DNA of 64,000 nucleotides from Microbotryum violaceum (Eukaryota), in assembly GCA_001244265.2 (NCBI GenBank), contig CDLV01000009.1:1364001-1428000 (forward strand). The letters are read 5' to 3'. Positions 1-12,700 of the stretch are shown piece after piece; positions within the stretch are counted from its first letter, which is position 1, and every line of letters starts with the position of its first letter. The notes under the pieces are model-generated. The model saw nothing but the letters and a program-made list of their open reading frames with translations. It made no database searches and had not been told where the DNA came from. Made by a program: the position numbers and the translations under genes.

Positions 1-1093
1 GTAGGCAATTCCCTGATTGGAGGCAGGCTGGGGGGCAGGAGGAGTGGCAGTTTTGCAAGGGAAATTGAAGGAGAACTCGGGGCGGGCATTCTTCGACAGA
101 GAATCAGGCTGAGCTCTGTTGGACAGATCTTCAGTCTGGGCAGCCAGATCCTGTTCCACTCGACGTTTTTTGGTCGTGCGGTCGTGGGCGGAGGCCGGGG
201 AGATCGACTTGGACACGGCGGCGGGGGCGGCGGTGGTAGCGGTGGAGGCTTGCGGGGCACGTGACGTGGGGGGTCCCTGGGGCTCGACGCATGACGGGCC
301 GGGCAGTGCTGGGTGGCGTGCGAGGTGCTCGCGCAGGACTTGCACGCCGGGGCGACGGGGCAATCCTTACGGACGTGAGCCGCGGAACGGCAGAAGACGC
401 AGTGGCGCATGCCACCGGTGATCCTCAGTGGGATTCGCTCAGTGACACCGTCACGAGCAATAGAAAGTGAGGCAGGGGGCAGAACATCTACATCCTTAAG
501 GGCAAGGATAAAGTCGTACACCCCAGAGATGTGTTTCGTCTTTCCAATGTATTGGATGCGACGACGGAGGACCGTGCCATAGGCAGCGATCTGCTCATCG
601 AATAGGCAGAGGCCCTCGGGTCGGAGAAAAAGCCCGTAAGGGTGCATTGTACAACACCTCCTCTAGTAGAGCTGTACAGCTTCTCGACTTTGCACAGAGT
701 CTTGCCAACAGTGAGGCCGTTGGCCACCAGGGTGTCGAGATCGGCGGCCTTGGGAAAGCGGAGGCCGCGCTGACCCTTGATGACGCATGGCATTGCGCCG
801 GTAAGGCCAGGGTAGTATTTGTCAAGCGCGGGGAGGACTTGCTCGACCGAGGTTGAGGGTGGGGTGTTGATGATGACACAATTCTCGATGTTGTGCATCA
901 GTGGATGGGCGGCGACGGCAGTCGAGGCGTTGGCGGTGGCGTTTCCGTGCTTGGCAGCGGAGCGGGCGCCGACCGCGGCGGAGTATGATTTGGTGGTGGT
1001 GGCGGGGGCTTGGCCGGGAGGATCGGGAGGGTCAGGGCGAAGAGGTGGTATAGCAGCATGCCTGGCGTTGTTGGTGTTGTTGTTGTTGTCCAT
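1..1093 (-). mobile_element. Degenerate retrotransposon gag-like ORF (probably non-LTR/LINE ORF1) with two CCHC zinc knuckles; runs off the window start
   Basis: Intronless ORF 1093->488 shifts frame near 620 into DEQIAAYGTVLRRRIQYIGKTKHISGVYDFILAL...CVFCRSAAHVRKDC..CKSCASTSHATQHC (two CX2CX4HX4C knuckles). A second probable frameshift lies near 280. A poly-G tract (minus strand) and short degenerate repeats lie upstream at 1135-1260. Confidence 0.75.
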
Positions 1094-1516
1094 CCAATAG
1101 GAGTTTTTTTTTCACTTCGGCCAAATCACGGTGCCCCCTCCCCCCCCCCCCTCCCCATTTTCGTTGAACAAACCTTCAGCTTTAGAGAGAGCTTCAGGGA
1201 TTCAGCTTTATTAGGGAGCTTCAGAGATTAGAACCAGAGCAGCTTCCGATTCTGAGCGTGCTTCGCACTGCCAGGCATTCGCTCCGCTAAGCGTCCACCA
1301 TCCGCAATAGTCGTTCTCACAGACATAGTCTTAGGACCACGACCACTTTATCTGCACACCGTACAAGGACCGACCCTCACATTCGCACCGGCTTCCGTTG
1401 TCCGCTTCACGCCAGCCGTGCGCGCCTCGCCCCACGTCGCACGAACAACCGCGTATCACTTCCGACTGGGCCTCATCACCCACCACCACCACCACTTCCA
1501 CCCTCCGCCCTCCACC

Positions 1517-2826
1517 ATGGCCCGTAATGAAGAGAAGTCGCAGTCGATGCTGTACCGATTCCGGGAGGCACAAGCCGCCGAACTGGGATTAGCGACCAAG
1601 ACCGATCGACGACCTCGTTTGGCCGCGTCGTGCAAGGATCTCAAGCAGTGCGAACGATGGAGGGGGGAAATCCTCAGGGAGATTAGTAGGAAGGTTTCCA
1701 AGATTCAGGATTGTGAGTTGTGAAGGCACGGCGGGAGCGAGCACGAAGGGGAGTCGAGGTCGTCGTGAGCTTCGTGAGCTGACACGCTATCGATCCCATC
1801 CCTCGTCCAGCGGGCTTGACGGACTACGAGGTTCGAGATCTCAACGACGAGATCAACAAGCTCTTGCGGGAGAAGCACCATTGGGAGAACCAGATCATCG
1901 CGTTGGGAGGCGCCAATTACAAGCGCGTCGGACTCGCGGGCCGCATGAAGGATGCCGATGGCAAGGATGTGCCGGGGACAAGAGGATACAAGTACGTTCA
2001 GTAGAGTGCATGGCGTGTGCTTGGTCTGTAGTCGCTGATTGGAGCCGCTACGTGGGACTGCTAGGTACTTTGGTCGGGCCAAGGACCTGCCCGGTGTCAA
2101 AGAGATGTTTGCGTCGCGGTGTACGTTACTGACAGAGCAGACGAGCCACAAAGCTATTGATCACTGATCTAACCATCTCGCATCCTCGCAGCAACGGAAG
2201 AAGCTGACTTGGACAGCCACAAGAAGCAGCGGATAAACCTCTTTGCGAATCCCGCCCCGGGCTACTGCGGCGACGAGGACGAGGTTGATGCATCATTGCT
2301 TGAGTCCGAGAGGGCCGCCGAAGCACAAGGTGCGTCTCCAACAGAGCTATAATGTCTTTTAGTGGCGCTTGCTGATAATTCTCTGCCTGCGTCAACAGCT
2401 TGGGAGGACGCTCTAGAGAACTTACGAGATCTCGGCCTCGTGATCCCAGAAGGCGACGATGCACCCCCGCTCCCGACCGCCAAATACATCTCCCTCAACC
2501 CTCCCACAACAACCACGACAACAGAAGCCGCAGAAGTAGCACCACCTTCAAAAGCTGAAGCGGCGACCGGCTCGAAACGAAAAGCCGCGACAACGACCAA
2601 AGAAAAAGGGAAGAGCAAGAAGGCCAAATTGGACGAAAAAGCTGCGGAAGAGGAAGCAGCCGGCAAAGATGGGGAGGAGCTTGGACCGACCAATGGTTTC
2701 TTGAGCATACTCAAGGCCGAGGATCTGAGACCGCCGCAGTTGTTGTCGGCGCAGGAGATTGAGAAGCTCATTGTTGAGCAGCAGAAGAAGAAATTATTGG
2801 CCGAGTATTTGGACGAGGACAAGTGA
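1517..2826 (+). CDS. ISY1: Pre-mRNA splicing factor Isy1 (multi-exon)
   Basis: MARNEEKSQSMLYRFREAQAAELG...CERWRGEILREISRKVSKIQD; LTDYEVRDLNDEINKLLREKHHWENQIIALGGANY; GTRGYKYFGRAKDLPGVKEMF; C-terminal KKKLLAEYL. GT-AG introns lie between these blocks. Confidence 0.95.
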
Positions 2827-2912
2827 GCTTTGTTTTTTTTGAGGTAGGAAAGTGTGAATGCACGTGCTCGTACTATTACAACATTGTATCCCTCTACACC
2901 GGTTCTCACATC

Positions 2913-4704
2913 CTAATGCCTGCGGTACTTTCTCCTCCGCGAACTCTGGATCCCAGCCCCTCTCGGCCCGACACTAGCCTTGGGTTGAACGATTTGCAAC
3001 GCCTCCCTTTTGACCAACCGCAATTTGGCCTGATCGGCCTTAAGTTGTTTCTTCTCTTGATGTCCCGAGACGTCCATCGCTTTGATACTGGCGAGGTGTT
3101 GGGCAATCACGCGGTCGATCATCGCTTGGATCGGTTCTTCCGCTTTGGGGATGTCCCCCTCCTCACCCTTCACCGCCGGTGTGAATCCCGAACCTCCAGT
3201 AGCTTCCACAGCTGCCGCGATTTCCGCTTCTTTGACCAAATCGACCGCTTCCCCACCCCTGCCCAACCCATCCAGAGTCCATCTGCCCAACTTGCCCTCC
3301 CTGAACGCCAACAAGAGCCACCTGCCCGCGAGTTCAAGATCGGGCTCCCCACCTTTTCGAACGGCTTTAAGTCGATCGGCTAGGGCGAGAAGGAAGTCGG
3401 TGCTGGAATCGAGGGTGGTGGTAAGGGGGAGATGCAGGGCTTTCATGAGGTCGTCTATCCGAAAACAATGGAAGGCGAGAGTGAGAAGAGCGTCAGAGGA
3501 CGAAAACCCTCCCGCCTGAGAACGCCCTCGATCCCCATCGTAACGAACCTTTGGTATAACCTCCAACTTCCTCCTCACACCTAGCTTTCAACCTCCAAAC
3601 CAAATAATCCCCGATCGTCTCACTCTCAAACAAACTCTCTTTAATACCCCCCGTCAAAGCCAACTTGAGCGCCATCTCGTCCCCTTTCGTTCCTTTCCCG
3701 AAGAAAGGGACCATGATCCCGGGTGTGTCGTGGATATATACGGGTGGATGGAGGGATATTTTGATGAAGGTTGAGAGACGACGGGTGTGTCCTGGGGCGG
3801 AGGATACGGAGGCGGCTTTGCCTGAGGAATTTGAGAGAGGGACGATTCGAGTCAGTGAGGAGGGAGCGACGGCACTAATCTTCAAAAGCGCAACCTCACC
3901 TTTGCCTACCCCTACGCGTCGAAGTGCATTGAGAATGGATGATTTGCCCGTATTGGGCATCCCAGCGATAAGCATCGAGATGCGATCTTCGGGCCCCTCC
4001 AAGGGGCGATCGGCGAGTCCTGAGAAAGGACCGAAAGTCTGAAAGTCAGTCTCTGCAGCGTCGCCGAGGGAGCTACAATGCACGTGAACGTACTGATCGC
4101 TGCTCGCATGAGATGTTTGATCGAAGCGTCCGATCTGGAGTCGGTGAAGAGTACAGTGTGGCCTGTTTGCTCTGATAGGGCTTTGATGATGGGCTAGAAG
4201 GAAAAATTTAGAGTGCAGTTCGCGAACTCGACCAGTGTCAGCCTACAACACCACTCAGCCCAAACTGGGGACCCAGTCTCACCTCGTGAAACTCGGGCTG
4301 TGCCAAATCGGCTTTGTTATAAACAATCAATCGTTTCGCGAACGCGCTCGCTCCTGGGATATTGAGCAAGTGTTCGAAAGCGGGGTTGATCGAGGTCAGG
4401 GGCATCCGGGCGTCGCGGGCTTCGATGACGAGGTCGACTTTTTGTTTTTGGATCATGAGCTGCATCTCTTTGAGCGCTCGGGACATGTGCCCTGTGGGGA
4501 GCAGAGGGGGGTGGGGTGAAGGAAGGCAGGGGAAGGCAAGGGAAGGCAGGGGAAGGCAGGGGAAGGGAGACTTTGGATTGTGAGTTACCGCTGATGTGGG
4601 GGACAGAGCGGAGCGAAGAGAAAAGAACGGGGGACTCAACCGATATACCATGTGCTCGGCAGAGTGGGGAACACGAAAGGTGCCCTTCGTGGTCGGGGCG
4701 GCAT
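2913..4704 (-). CDS. MTG1: Mitochondrial ribosome-assembly GTPase (RbgA/Mtg1 circularly permuted GTPase), multi-exon
   Basis: Exon 1 MPPRPRRAPFVFPTLPSTWYI, then GHMSRALKEMQ..VDLVIEARDARMPLTSINPAF, NKAD (G4), GMPNTGKSSILNALR (G1), PGHTR, DTPGIMVP (G3), and FREGKLGRWTLD. Confidence 0.9.
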
Positions 4705-4767
4705 ACTTTGAGGACAGCGAGTGGTTTGGTGGACCCGGAAGAGCGAGGAATTAGTGAGACTGTAGTG

Positions 4768-4886
4768 CAGATCGGCAGGTCCGTTAACCCAGCCAAATGA
4801 GCTCCCTCGCGCGGGCGAGTTAAGGCAGCTTTTCTGTTTTTTTGGCCCGGTTGGAGGTTGGTACAGTTCGGGTGCACCAATGCCCT
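4768..4886 (+). repeat. Left terminal inverted repeat of the KDZ element
   Basis: The reverse complement aligns collinearly with 14110-14229: AGGGCATTGGTGCACC vs AGGGCAATGGTGCACC; ACCAAC; GGGCCAAA; AAAAGCTGCCTTAACTCGCC vs AAAAGCTCCCTAAACTCGCC; GACCTGC vs GACCCGC. Confidence 0.8.
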
Positions 4887-5495
4887 CCCCACCGCAGTGC
4901 ACCTCAAATGGTCATAAGTAATAAGGGGCCACTAGTTCGTGTAAGACTCACCATCATCACGAATAACACTTCCGAAGACTCCGTCGTAAGTTCGAATTAT
5001 GTCATAAATGTCATACAGCTTGTCGTACTCAGTCTATTCAATTCGTGTAGTTCCGTATACCATCAACTGATATGTGCACGACAGATCCTGTGTAGACCTT
5101 TTCTCATTTTCGACGGAGGGAGTACACACCGTGTCTATTGGGCCCGAGGGAGGGATCGGTCGTGGTCCCTGAAATCCTGGATCGGTCCTCGGGCAGACAA
5201 ACGCGTATTCTGAACGGTGTGCACTGATCATAGAAAATGAATATCTAGTGAAACCCCTTCGGACAGTCGACTTGGGTCCAGCGCCAATCAGTCCTGCATC
5301 AATTCCTAGAGAGTAATTGAAGAGGCAAAATTGAGGCGGGGCTGTGCGGCCGCACGCGGAGCTCAGATTGGCGAGCGCTCTGCGTTAACACTTTGACCTC
5401 TGCACACTCACGTCAACGCGACAACGCGCATTCTTGACCCACGCCACGCCCCGCATCTCAATACATTGAAACCTCCCCGCGCCTGTTGAACGAAC

Positions 5496-7614
5496 ATGGA
5501 TGCTATTACCGTATGGAGGTATGTGGACGCGTTTCCCCGCCTCACATCTCCCTCCTCATGGGCCTAATTGTGTTGCTCCACCATGACGCGACCGTCAGAC
5601 ATACGCGTGGGATCTAGGGAAGGTTCTCCAGCAGAGTCTATTTCCTTTGGCGCTCATCCGAGTGAGTGCTCTTGTCTGGTGTGCCAACTGAGATCCCTTG
5701 TAGCAGGGCTGAGAGCAGAGTGCCAGTCATCAACCTCATCCTTCTAGCTACTCAATCCTGACGGACAGCTGAAGAATTCTCTGTTCTCTCACACCTCTTG
5801 CAGGTCGGAGGGACGATCAAAGCCGTCGAACCTCCTCACAAGCCAGTACAATTCTGGATGAACCGTCTCGACGCCCGACTCGGAAGAGAAAGCGGCGCAT
5901 GCCCATGCCCCAAACTCCTTCGTCCGACTCCGACTCTGACGAGCCCAATTTGGGCGATTCCAGTCAATCCTCGGCTGACGACAGTGACAGTGAAAGTGAC
6001 AGTCACAGTCACAGTGAGAGCGAGTTTGAAGATATCGCGATCGACCATCGAAGAGCTATCAGGCTCTGGACGGCCATACATGGCTCGCATCGGAACGCGA
6101 CCGGTCGTATGAGTCAAGGAAAGTGGACCTCGCTGAAGCGCTGGGCCGCTCGAAGATATTACTCGGAGCTCAAGATGGCCGTGAAACTCGGCATATCCCA
6201 TGCAAGGCTCGTTCAGGCCGTCAAAAAATTCAACAGGCTCGCTTCGAAGGGCAATGCGTGGTCTAGATCTCTCTCGGACCGTGTAATCAAGGTTTTACAC
6301 CAGCGAGCAAGCAAGGGTGAGTCGGTCCTCCGGGCGCTTCCGGTCATGCCCACTCTACTCTCCTACGCTCTCGCTTATGCTTACCGCTGCGTCCGCAATG
6401 TCTGTTCTTACATACCCTGGGTGTGTCAAACGTGCTCAGAATCGGATCAGTCGAAATCGCAATCCATCACCAAACTTGCCGCTCACCTCTGGAACTTCCT
6501 GAGAGACCAGGGGGACCTCGCATCTGCCCAACTTGGCGAGGACGACGAAGAGCTTGTTCGCGCGGCTTTTGCAGCGGCAGAGGCCGGAGGTAATACGACT
6601 TTCACTTCGATAGTACCACCCACCATCATCACACGTTCGCCATCCGACATTCCTTCCCCAACTCGGATGGAGCAATGCAAAAAGTACATTGCAGAGTTGC
6701 GAGACCTGGCGCAACGCATGTCCAAGCTGTACGGAGTGGAAACCCTGGCCTTTGTTGTCCCTCGTTATCAAGACGACGTGTCGCCAGCGACGAAGGCGAC
6801 CGTGCATTCGATAGGTGGGCTCAGATTTGCAGCTCACTGCAACGACTTCAAGGATCCATCCGGCAATTCCTTGTTGTCTAATTTTGCTTCCAAGATGAGC
6901 TGGGATGAGACACTCAAGGCCAATGAAGCGGCAGATCTGAAAGAGGGTGAGCCTTTCATCGCAAGTTATACGCGCATGAGACCAAGTTACCGTTACCAAT
7001 TATGTGACATATGTTTTCGTCTCATCTATCAGCAAAAACTCGCTCGATGGACAGTGCTACTCGTGGCGTTCTTTGCAAATGACACGGCACTCTGTTCCGC
7101 GCCCAACTCAGTAAGTAGTCTGCATCTGATCGGGCTCGACTCCGTGCTAATCATTTCCATCTTTACAGACTCTGCCCTCGAGACTATACATCGCCGTTCC
7201 GACACGGGATCATCGACAGGCGCTTTCACACCTCAGAAGAAGATGATATGGTCTACCCAGGGCTTGAAGGCACTGGGTGTCAATTTGCGGATCAAGCCCG
7301 GAACGAAGAGTAGATACGAAATGGCTCTGCATCATAGTGCAGAGACATCGCCCAAGCAAACCGTTGCTCAGCTCAAGGCTATCATTGACGACCTCCGTCA
7401 CGGCCGCCTCGCTATCGTACCCTCGGCGGACCCAAACGACAACACGGAGGCAGAGGCAAGCGACAATGACTTGACTGGCGGAGAAGGACCCCTGAGCCCA
7501 AGATTTGGTGGAGCCGAGGACGAAGGCGGAGAGGTACGTGGCGGAGAAGAAAGCGGAGAAGAAGATAGAGAAAAAAATAGCGGGGGGTGGCGGAGGAGAC
7601 CGGAGGATGAATGA
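5496..7614 (+). CDS. KDZ-associated companion protein of unknown function (acidic/Ser-rich N-terminus, possible HMG-like helical region); likely nonsense-disrupted
   Basis: A 571-aa ORF (5899-7614) plus upstream GT-AG exons from ATG 5496. Apparent introns at 6317-6439, 6947-7032 and 7111-7168. The fully spliced frame contains TGA at 7080-7082. The gene lies inside the TIRs, convergent with the transposase. Confidence 0.6.
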
Positions 7615-7899
7615 AGCAAAACATCGTCGATGTGAGACCGTTCTTATGTCTTTCTTTGGGCATACTATGCTCTGAGTCGGTCTGCAAGATGACCGATATT
7701 TGTTATGTCTCTGTGGTTTGTGACGCGTCTTTCAGTGTAGATCGTTGAGTTTAGTTTCAGATGATTGTCATGCACGCATACAGCGTCTCAGCTGCCATCT
7801 TGATTGCGGCAATTAATCTTAACAGGATTGTAAATCAATACGATCAAAACGCTCATTCTGTCAGGCTCCGCCAAGATCACTGGGCATACCCGAAACCCC

Positions 7900-8800
7900 C
7901 CCCCCCCCTCCCAGCGGACCGTTTCCTACGTCAAGGCCCGGGGGCCCCTGTGTGCTCCGGGCGCCGGCATCCCGTTCATCTACGGCCCCCTTCCAGAGAT
8001 TACGCTGAGGTCTTTCTTCACAACCAATCGTTCCGCACCTTTGTCCTACAAGGACTCGGGGCGCACCGCATGGGCCGCAGCACAACGGTGTGGCGCTCGC
8101 ATCCAGGCAAGGCGACATCTCTGCGCATCTATTTACCTTTGGGTCAACGAAATTAGAATAGCTCTCGGCCGACGCATCTCCTCTTTCTTCTTCTTCTTAT
8201 TCTGAAGTTGTGATGTACAACCAAATGGCCATACACCTTTTCCAACTTCGACCTCATCGCCGTTTCTTGCGCCTCCCGTTTCAAACACACATGCGAACCG
8301 ATCCCTCCTAATCATTATCATGTCCATGTATCCATGCTTCGTCCGAAGGTACCGTACCATTGACCGGGTCTCGTTGCACAAGTCTGTTTGACCTTTTGGC
8401 CTACCGTTGTCTTCTTCCCTTAGATACAATCTGACTTCACCTTCAGGTCGAACCGGTTGCCACTGCATAACCCTTAACTGCCTGCGCGCCGCAAAACCGG
8501 ACGGTGGACAACTGTGAGGGCATTCGGTGGGACTGCAATACAGGGTTCAGACGAGATCTCGACCTCTCCTTTCATGTACCATCCTGAATTCACCCACCGT
8601 CGCAACTATAACACCCAACTGAAGACCAAGAAGATGACCATCACAATGATGACAAGACGGTATGTCCCGTCGAAAAGAACTTTGAAAACACCCTCCCGGT
8701 TTGGGTACTTTCAGTCTGACTCCAACACGACGTGTTGTCCACCTTGGGTTTGAACCCTGATTGGTGTCACAAAAGACTATATGACCTGCCATCGCCGAAA
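7900..8800 (-). mobile_element. Possible decayed LINE ORF2 fragment nested in the KDZ element
   Basis: Broken minus-strand frames (..RRGRDLV*TLYCS.., RLYLREEDNGRPK..YLRTKHGYMDMIMI) loosely resemble the post-RT region of L1/Tad ORF2. A poly-C tract lies at ~7896-7912. Weak evidence. Confidence 0.25.
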
Positions 8801-9792
8801 ACCACGGCAGGGCAGTCGGTCGATCGATATTAGAAGGAGGCCTAGGCCACAACAGCGTGCAGAACTCTCAAGCCGCCTAATGCGATGAGAAAACGTAGAG
8901 CAACGACAGAGCAAAGGGTGTATCAAGGTGAGTCTGTGGCTTTTTTCAGTCAAATACAGCACAATACTTTGGGTATGGGTGACTATGACTTGCTGCAGTT
9001 CGACTGTTGAAACGCAAGCGCCCGTGATGACGTACTTCGCGTGAGCGTGTGAACTACGCAGGAAGAAATTGCGACAAAGCAGTACGCTGGCTATAAGCAA
9101 CTTAGCAAAGAGCTCATTAAAGTGCCACCAATGTATAACTCATTACATCATACAGAAAAAGACTGTTAGGGGTGATCAACTTCTGGTCCTTGCGTTTGAA
9201 AAGTCATCAACTAAGTGCCGAGGCAAACACTCTACGGAGCTGGGCGAGTGTGAGCCTCGGAGTGGCCGTAGCAACACCACAGAAGACCTTTGTACGACGT
9301 TGGGACTGTGAGCTGGATCAGGACTTCGTTCAAGTATACATCAAAATGTAGTCGGCAGTGTTGGAACATAATAAGTACTTTTGCAATCCCTGCTGACTGT
9401 TTGGGAAGTGTCACCCAAGGCACGACACGGACTGCGCATGTGACTGACTGGCAGGGAGCGCGGTCTACATGTAGGAGATCTCAGTGCAGTCAGTGCAACA
9501 AAGATGCAATGGACGCTTGTGTTCACTCCCTCAGTGTAGCGCGCTCTTCCTCTAAATCTTACCGGTCGTGTTGGGCTCCGGCTGCCAGCTTTACTCGAGC
9601 GACATTAGGCGAGCCACCGCAAGATCGAGCGATTTAGCGATGCCGGGTCTTGGATGTCTGATCGCTCTTGTTGCACTTCCTGGCGAAGCGTCGTATGACG
9701 GGTAGAATTACTAGCGAAATGTACGCATCATTGATCTCTTTACTAGTGCAAGTAGCAACTGGGCAAAAGACTGCAACTATATATGATCAATA

Positions 9793-12700
9793 TCAAATCC
9801 CCCAAAAAACATCGCCATCGTCTTCATCAAAGTTCTCGTTGACCCCGTCACTGAAGGCGCCGTAATCGGTAGTGTCGACGGAATGATGACTCAGATCATC
9901 GCTCGAATGATCACTGATGTCAAGAAGGGTGTCATGATCCGTGGTGATGTCGTCTGACTCTCCGACCATCCCATCATTGATGCAGTCTGGCCATGTGTGA
10001 TCCGGCAAGCCACCCGCTGTGGTTCGTTGAAAAACATCAACGTCGTCGGTGCACCACATTCGAAGCTCGACCCACTCCTCCACTTGCGGTTCGCCGGTTT
10101 GCCGGGTGCATTCCCACAGGTGATCTAGGCCGCCCTTCGAAAACCATCGGCGCGCAATATTTCTAAGACGCTCTTCTTCTTGCTCGAGCATCATCATCGC
10201 AGAGTCATCCTGCTCATCTCGTTGGAGTGATTGCTGGCGAACTTGCTGAAACCTCTTGCGACGGCTTATCAGCCACCGTCCAATGCGACGCACTTCCCAT
10301 CCAAGTCGCTTGATTTCTTGCTGGCATCTTGCGCGAGACAATACTGCTGGAATGCCGACACGAACATCATCTTCGTAGGCCCACGGCTCAGTGGGATGAC
10401 TATATAATCCGTTGTTCCAGAGCGGCGCCAAGATGTCGAGTTTGAGCAGTTCGTTGAGATCCTCTGGGGCTGACGGCGGTACCCTTCGGGTTCTCAAGAT
10501 CGAATGGGAATCCTCAGAATTGGCGAGGATGGCAGCATACTTTTTCACCTCGTCGTTATACATCGCCACTGCCTTCATGAGTCTTGGACGCAAAGAATTA
10601 AGATTTTTGACCAGGAGACCATCCGTTTTCGTACCTATGAGCTGGCATTGCTACACATCAGCGTTCCTTCTGCCGGCGCAGAAAACTCATGGATTTCCTA
10701 CCGAGGGCTTTACCGCCTAGGCGCGGGAGCCGCAGCTTCTCAGCTCCCTGTCGATATTGTACGACCAAGTCCCACAGCGAGCGAGATGCGATAGTCAATG
10801 TGCAGGCAAATTCATAGTCCGTGCCAATCAAAGGTATTGAAATATTTAAGCGAGGACAACGGGGATCACACCAGAGGGTCAGAATGGAAGAAGGGAGTGA
10901 CGTACCAGGGTCCAGGACACTGATGTTTATGTCCGAAGTGCGTAAGGAGTTCAGTCGATCATCAAGAACCTGCCGTTGTTTGGCCAGCTGTTGAAGTTTA
11001 GTCGACTGTTCTATAAGCTTGTTCGTATCTATGGTGTTCACGCAGGCTAGGTCTTCCCTGTAGCAATCGAAAAATGAATACCGAAGTTAGGTTGCCGATT
11101 CGTATCTCACTCCCAAACGACGACGATAGCTCAGACCCACCGGCATGCTGCGATGTGTCTGTTAATCAGCTCAAGCTTGAACATGACGTTGCGCATCTCG
11201 GCTACCTCTTTGCGCTGCTCTTTCAGAGGGATCTGCTTGGACGCTGCACGTTGCGCGTGTCATTGTTCAAGGAGGGTAGCGACCGTCCATTCGGCGGAGC
11301 GATTAACGACCTCAGCAATGACTCTGTCGGCTTCGGCCTTGAGCTTGATTGTGTTTTTGAGTCGAGAGTTAAGTTTGGTCACTGGGCATGATCGATACGC
11401 CAAAGATCAGCGACATGGTAAGGTAGTGCATGAAAGACTGGACGCTTAGGCGAACCAAGTTCGGCCAGATGCTGCTTGTTATAAGCAGACGCTCGACGAT
11501 TGATGTTCTCCAGCCGATGGGAGGCACTGGATGATCGGTTCATGGGTATCATGCCTCGAAGCTGCGACCACAAGCGCTCGGCTCCCTCGGCATCAGTCAA
11601 ACCAAAACTGGGTAGAAAGCGCGGATCAAAGTCAACCTGGCAGGACCACTTGTGCGCATAGGCATGCATCGACGAGAGAGCAAATTCTAGACGCGGTAAG
11701 TGGTCTGCCAGAAGATTGCGCTGCGCATACCGGGGAGAGATGAGCTGTTCAGCTACGGACTAAGCCAATGCTCAGGCTGAGTGTCACGAACAAACTCACA
11801 CGGCGTAAGTGCGACGATAAGTTGCAGGCGATATCATAAGCGACTCCAACGCGACTTCGATCCTGCCTCGAACTTTGGTGGGAGCCCGATCCCGAGCTGG
11901 ATCCGACGTTTGTAGCGTCACTGGTACGCGCAGGTCCCGTAGTACAATCCGTTTCTCCGACTTCAACTTCTTCGAGAATCCATTTCAACAGCGACACGGG
12001 ATATACTAACCTGCGGTAGACCAAACTCGCTTATTAGTGTCCTTGCCTGGAGTCACAGATGGCCGGTCCACACATACTTTTCACCTGATTGATGAAGGTT
12101 GCAAAGTCGCAGACAATGATCATGACGGCACACTGCAGCAACGAGGCCTGTGTCGGCTACTACATTTGACGAAGCGGAGGTCATACCACCATCTGCGGCC
12201 TTCCAGTTCGCTGTGCATTCGTCCTATATGATAGAATAGCCCGTTTAGCAATCACAGACAGTCGGGTCAACGCATTATTGGGTTCGGGTGACCCGACGCC
12301 AGCAGCACCAAGGTACCTGCTCGCCCGCTTCAGTCGATCCGTCGATCAAAGCTTGCTCGTTTCGAATCTTGTCTGGTGACAGGAATACCGCTGGACGTGA
12401 CTTGAGAGGATCAGCAGTTGCCCGCGCGAATCGTCGATGCTGAAAATTGCCGTCGACAGCAATGATGACATCGAGGTCATTCTCGCTCTTGCCGGCTTCA
12501 TCGATCCGAGGCCCAAAACATGCCGGACAAACGTCGGCCAGACGCTCGCGCGGGGAGAGGCCGATAAATTCGGCGGTCAAAGTTGCCTGCAGCTGTTGCA
12601 TAAATCGATATTCATCCATTGCGGCTTGAAGATGCTGACGCACGGTTGGACCCTGGGAAGCTTCCAATATTTTCTGTAAGAAACAGTGAATGTTTCCGGC

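Noticed and set aside
4895-5226. CAGTGCAC...GTGCACTG as ends of a nested small transposon
   Set aside because: Only 8 bp, mostly a palindrome, with no TSD; chance is sufficient to explain it.
7620-9790. Intact TET/JBP dioxygenase inside the KDZ element
   Set aside because: No open frame with the HxD..H..R 2OG-Fe(II) signature was found by eye.
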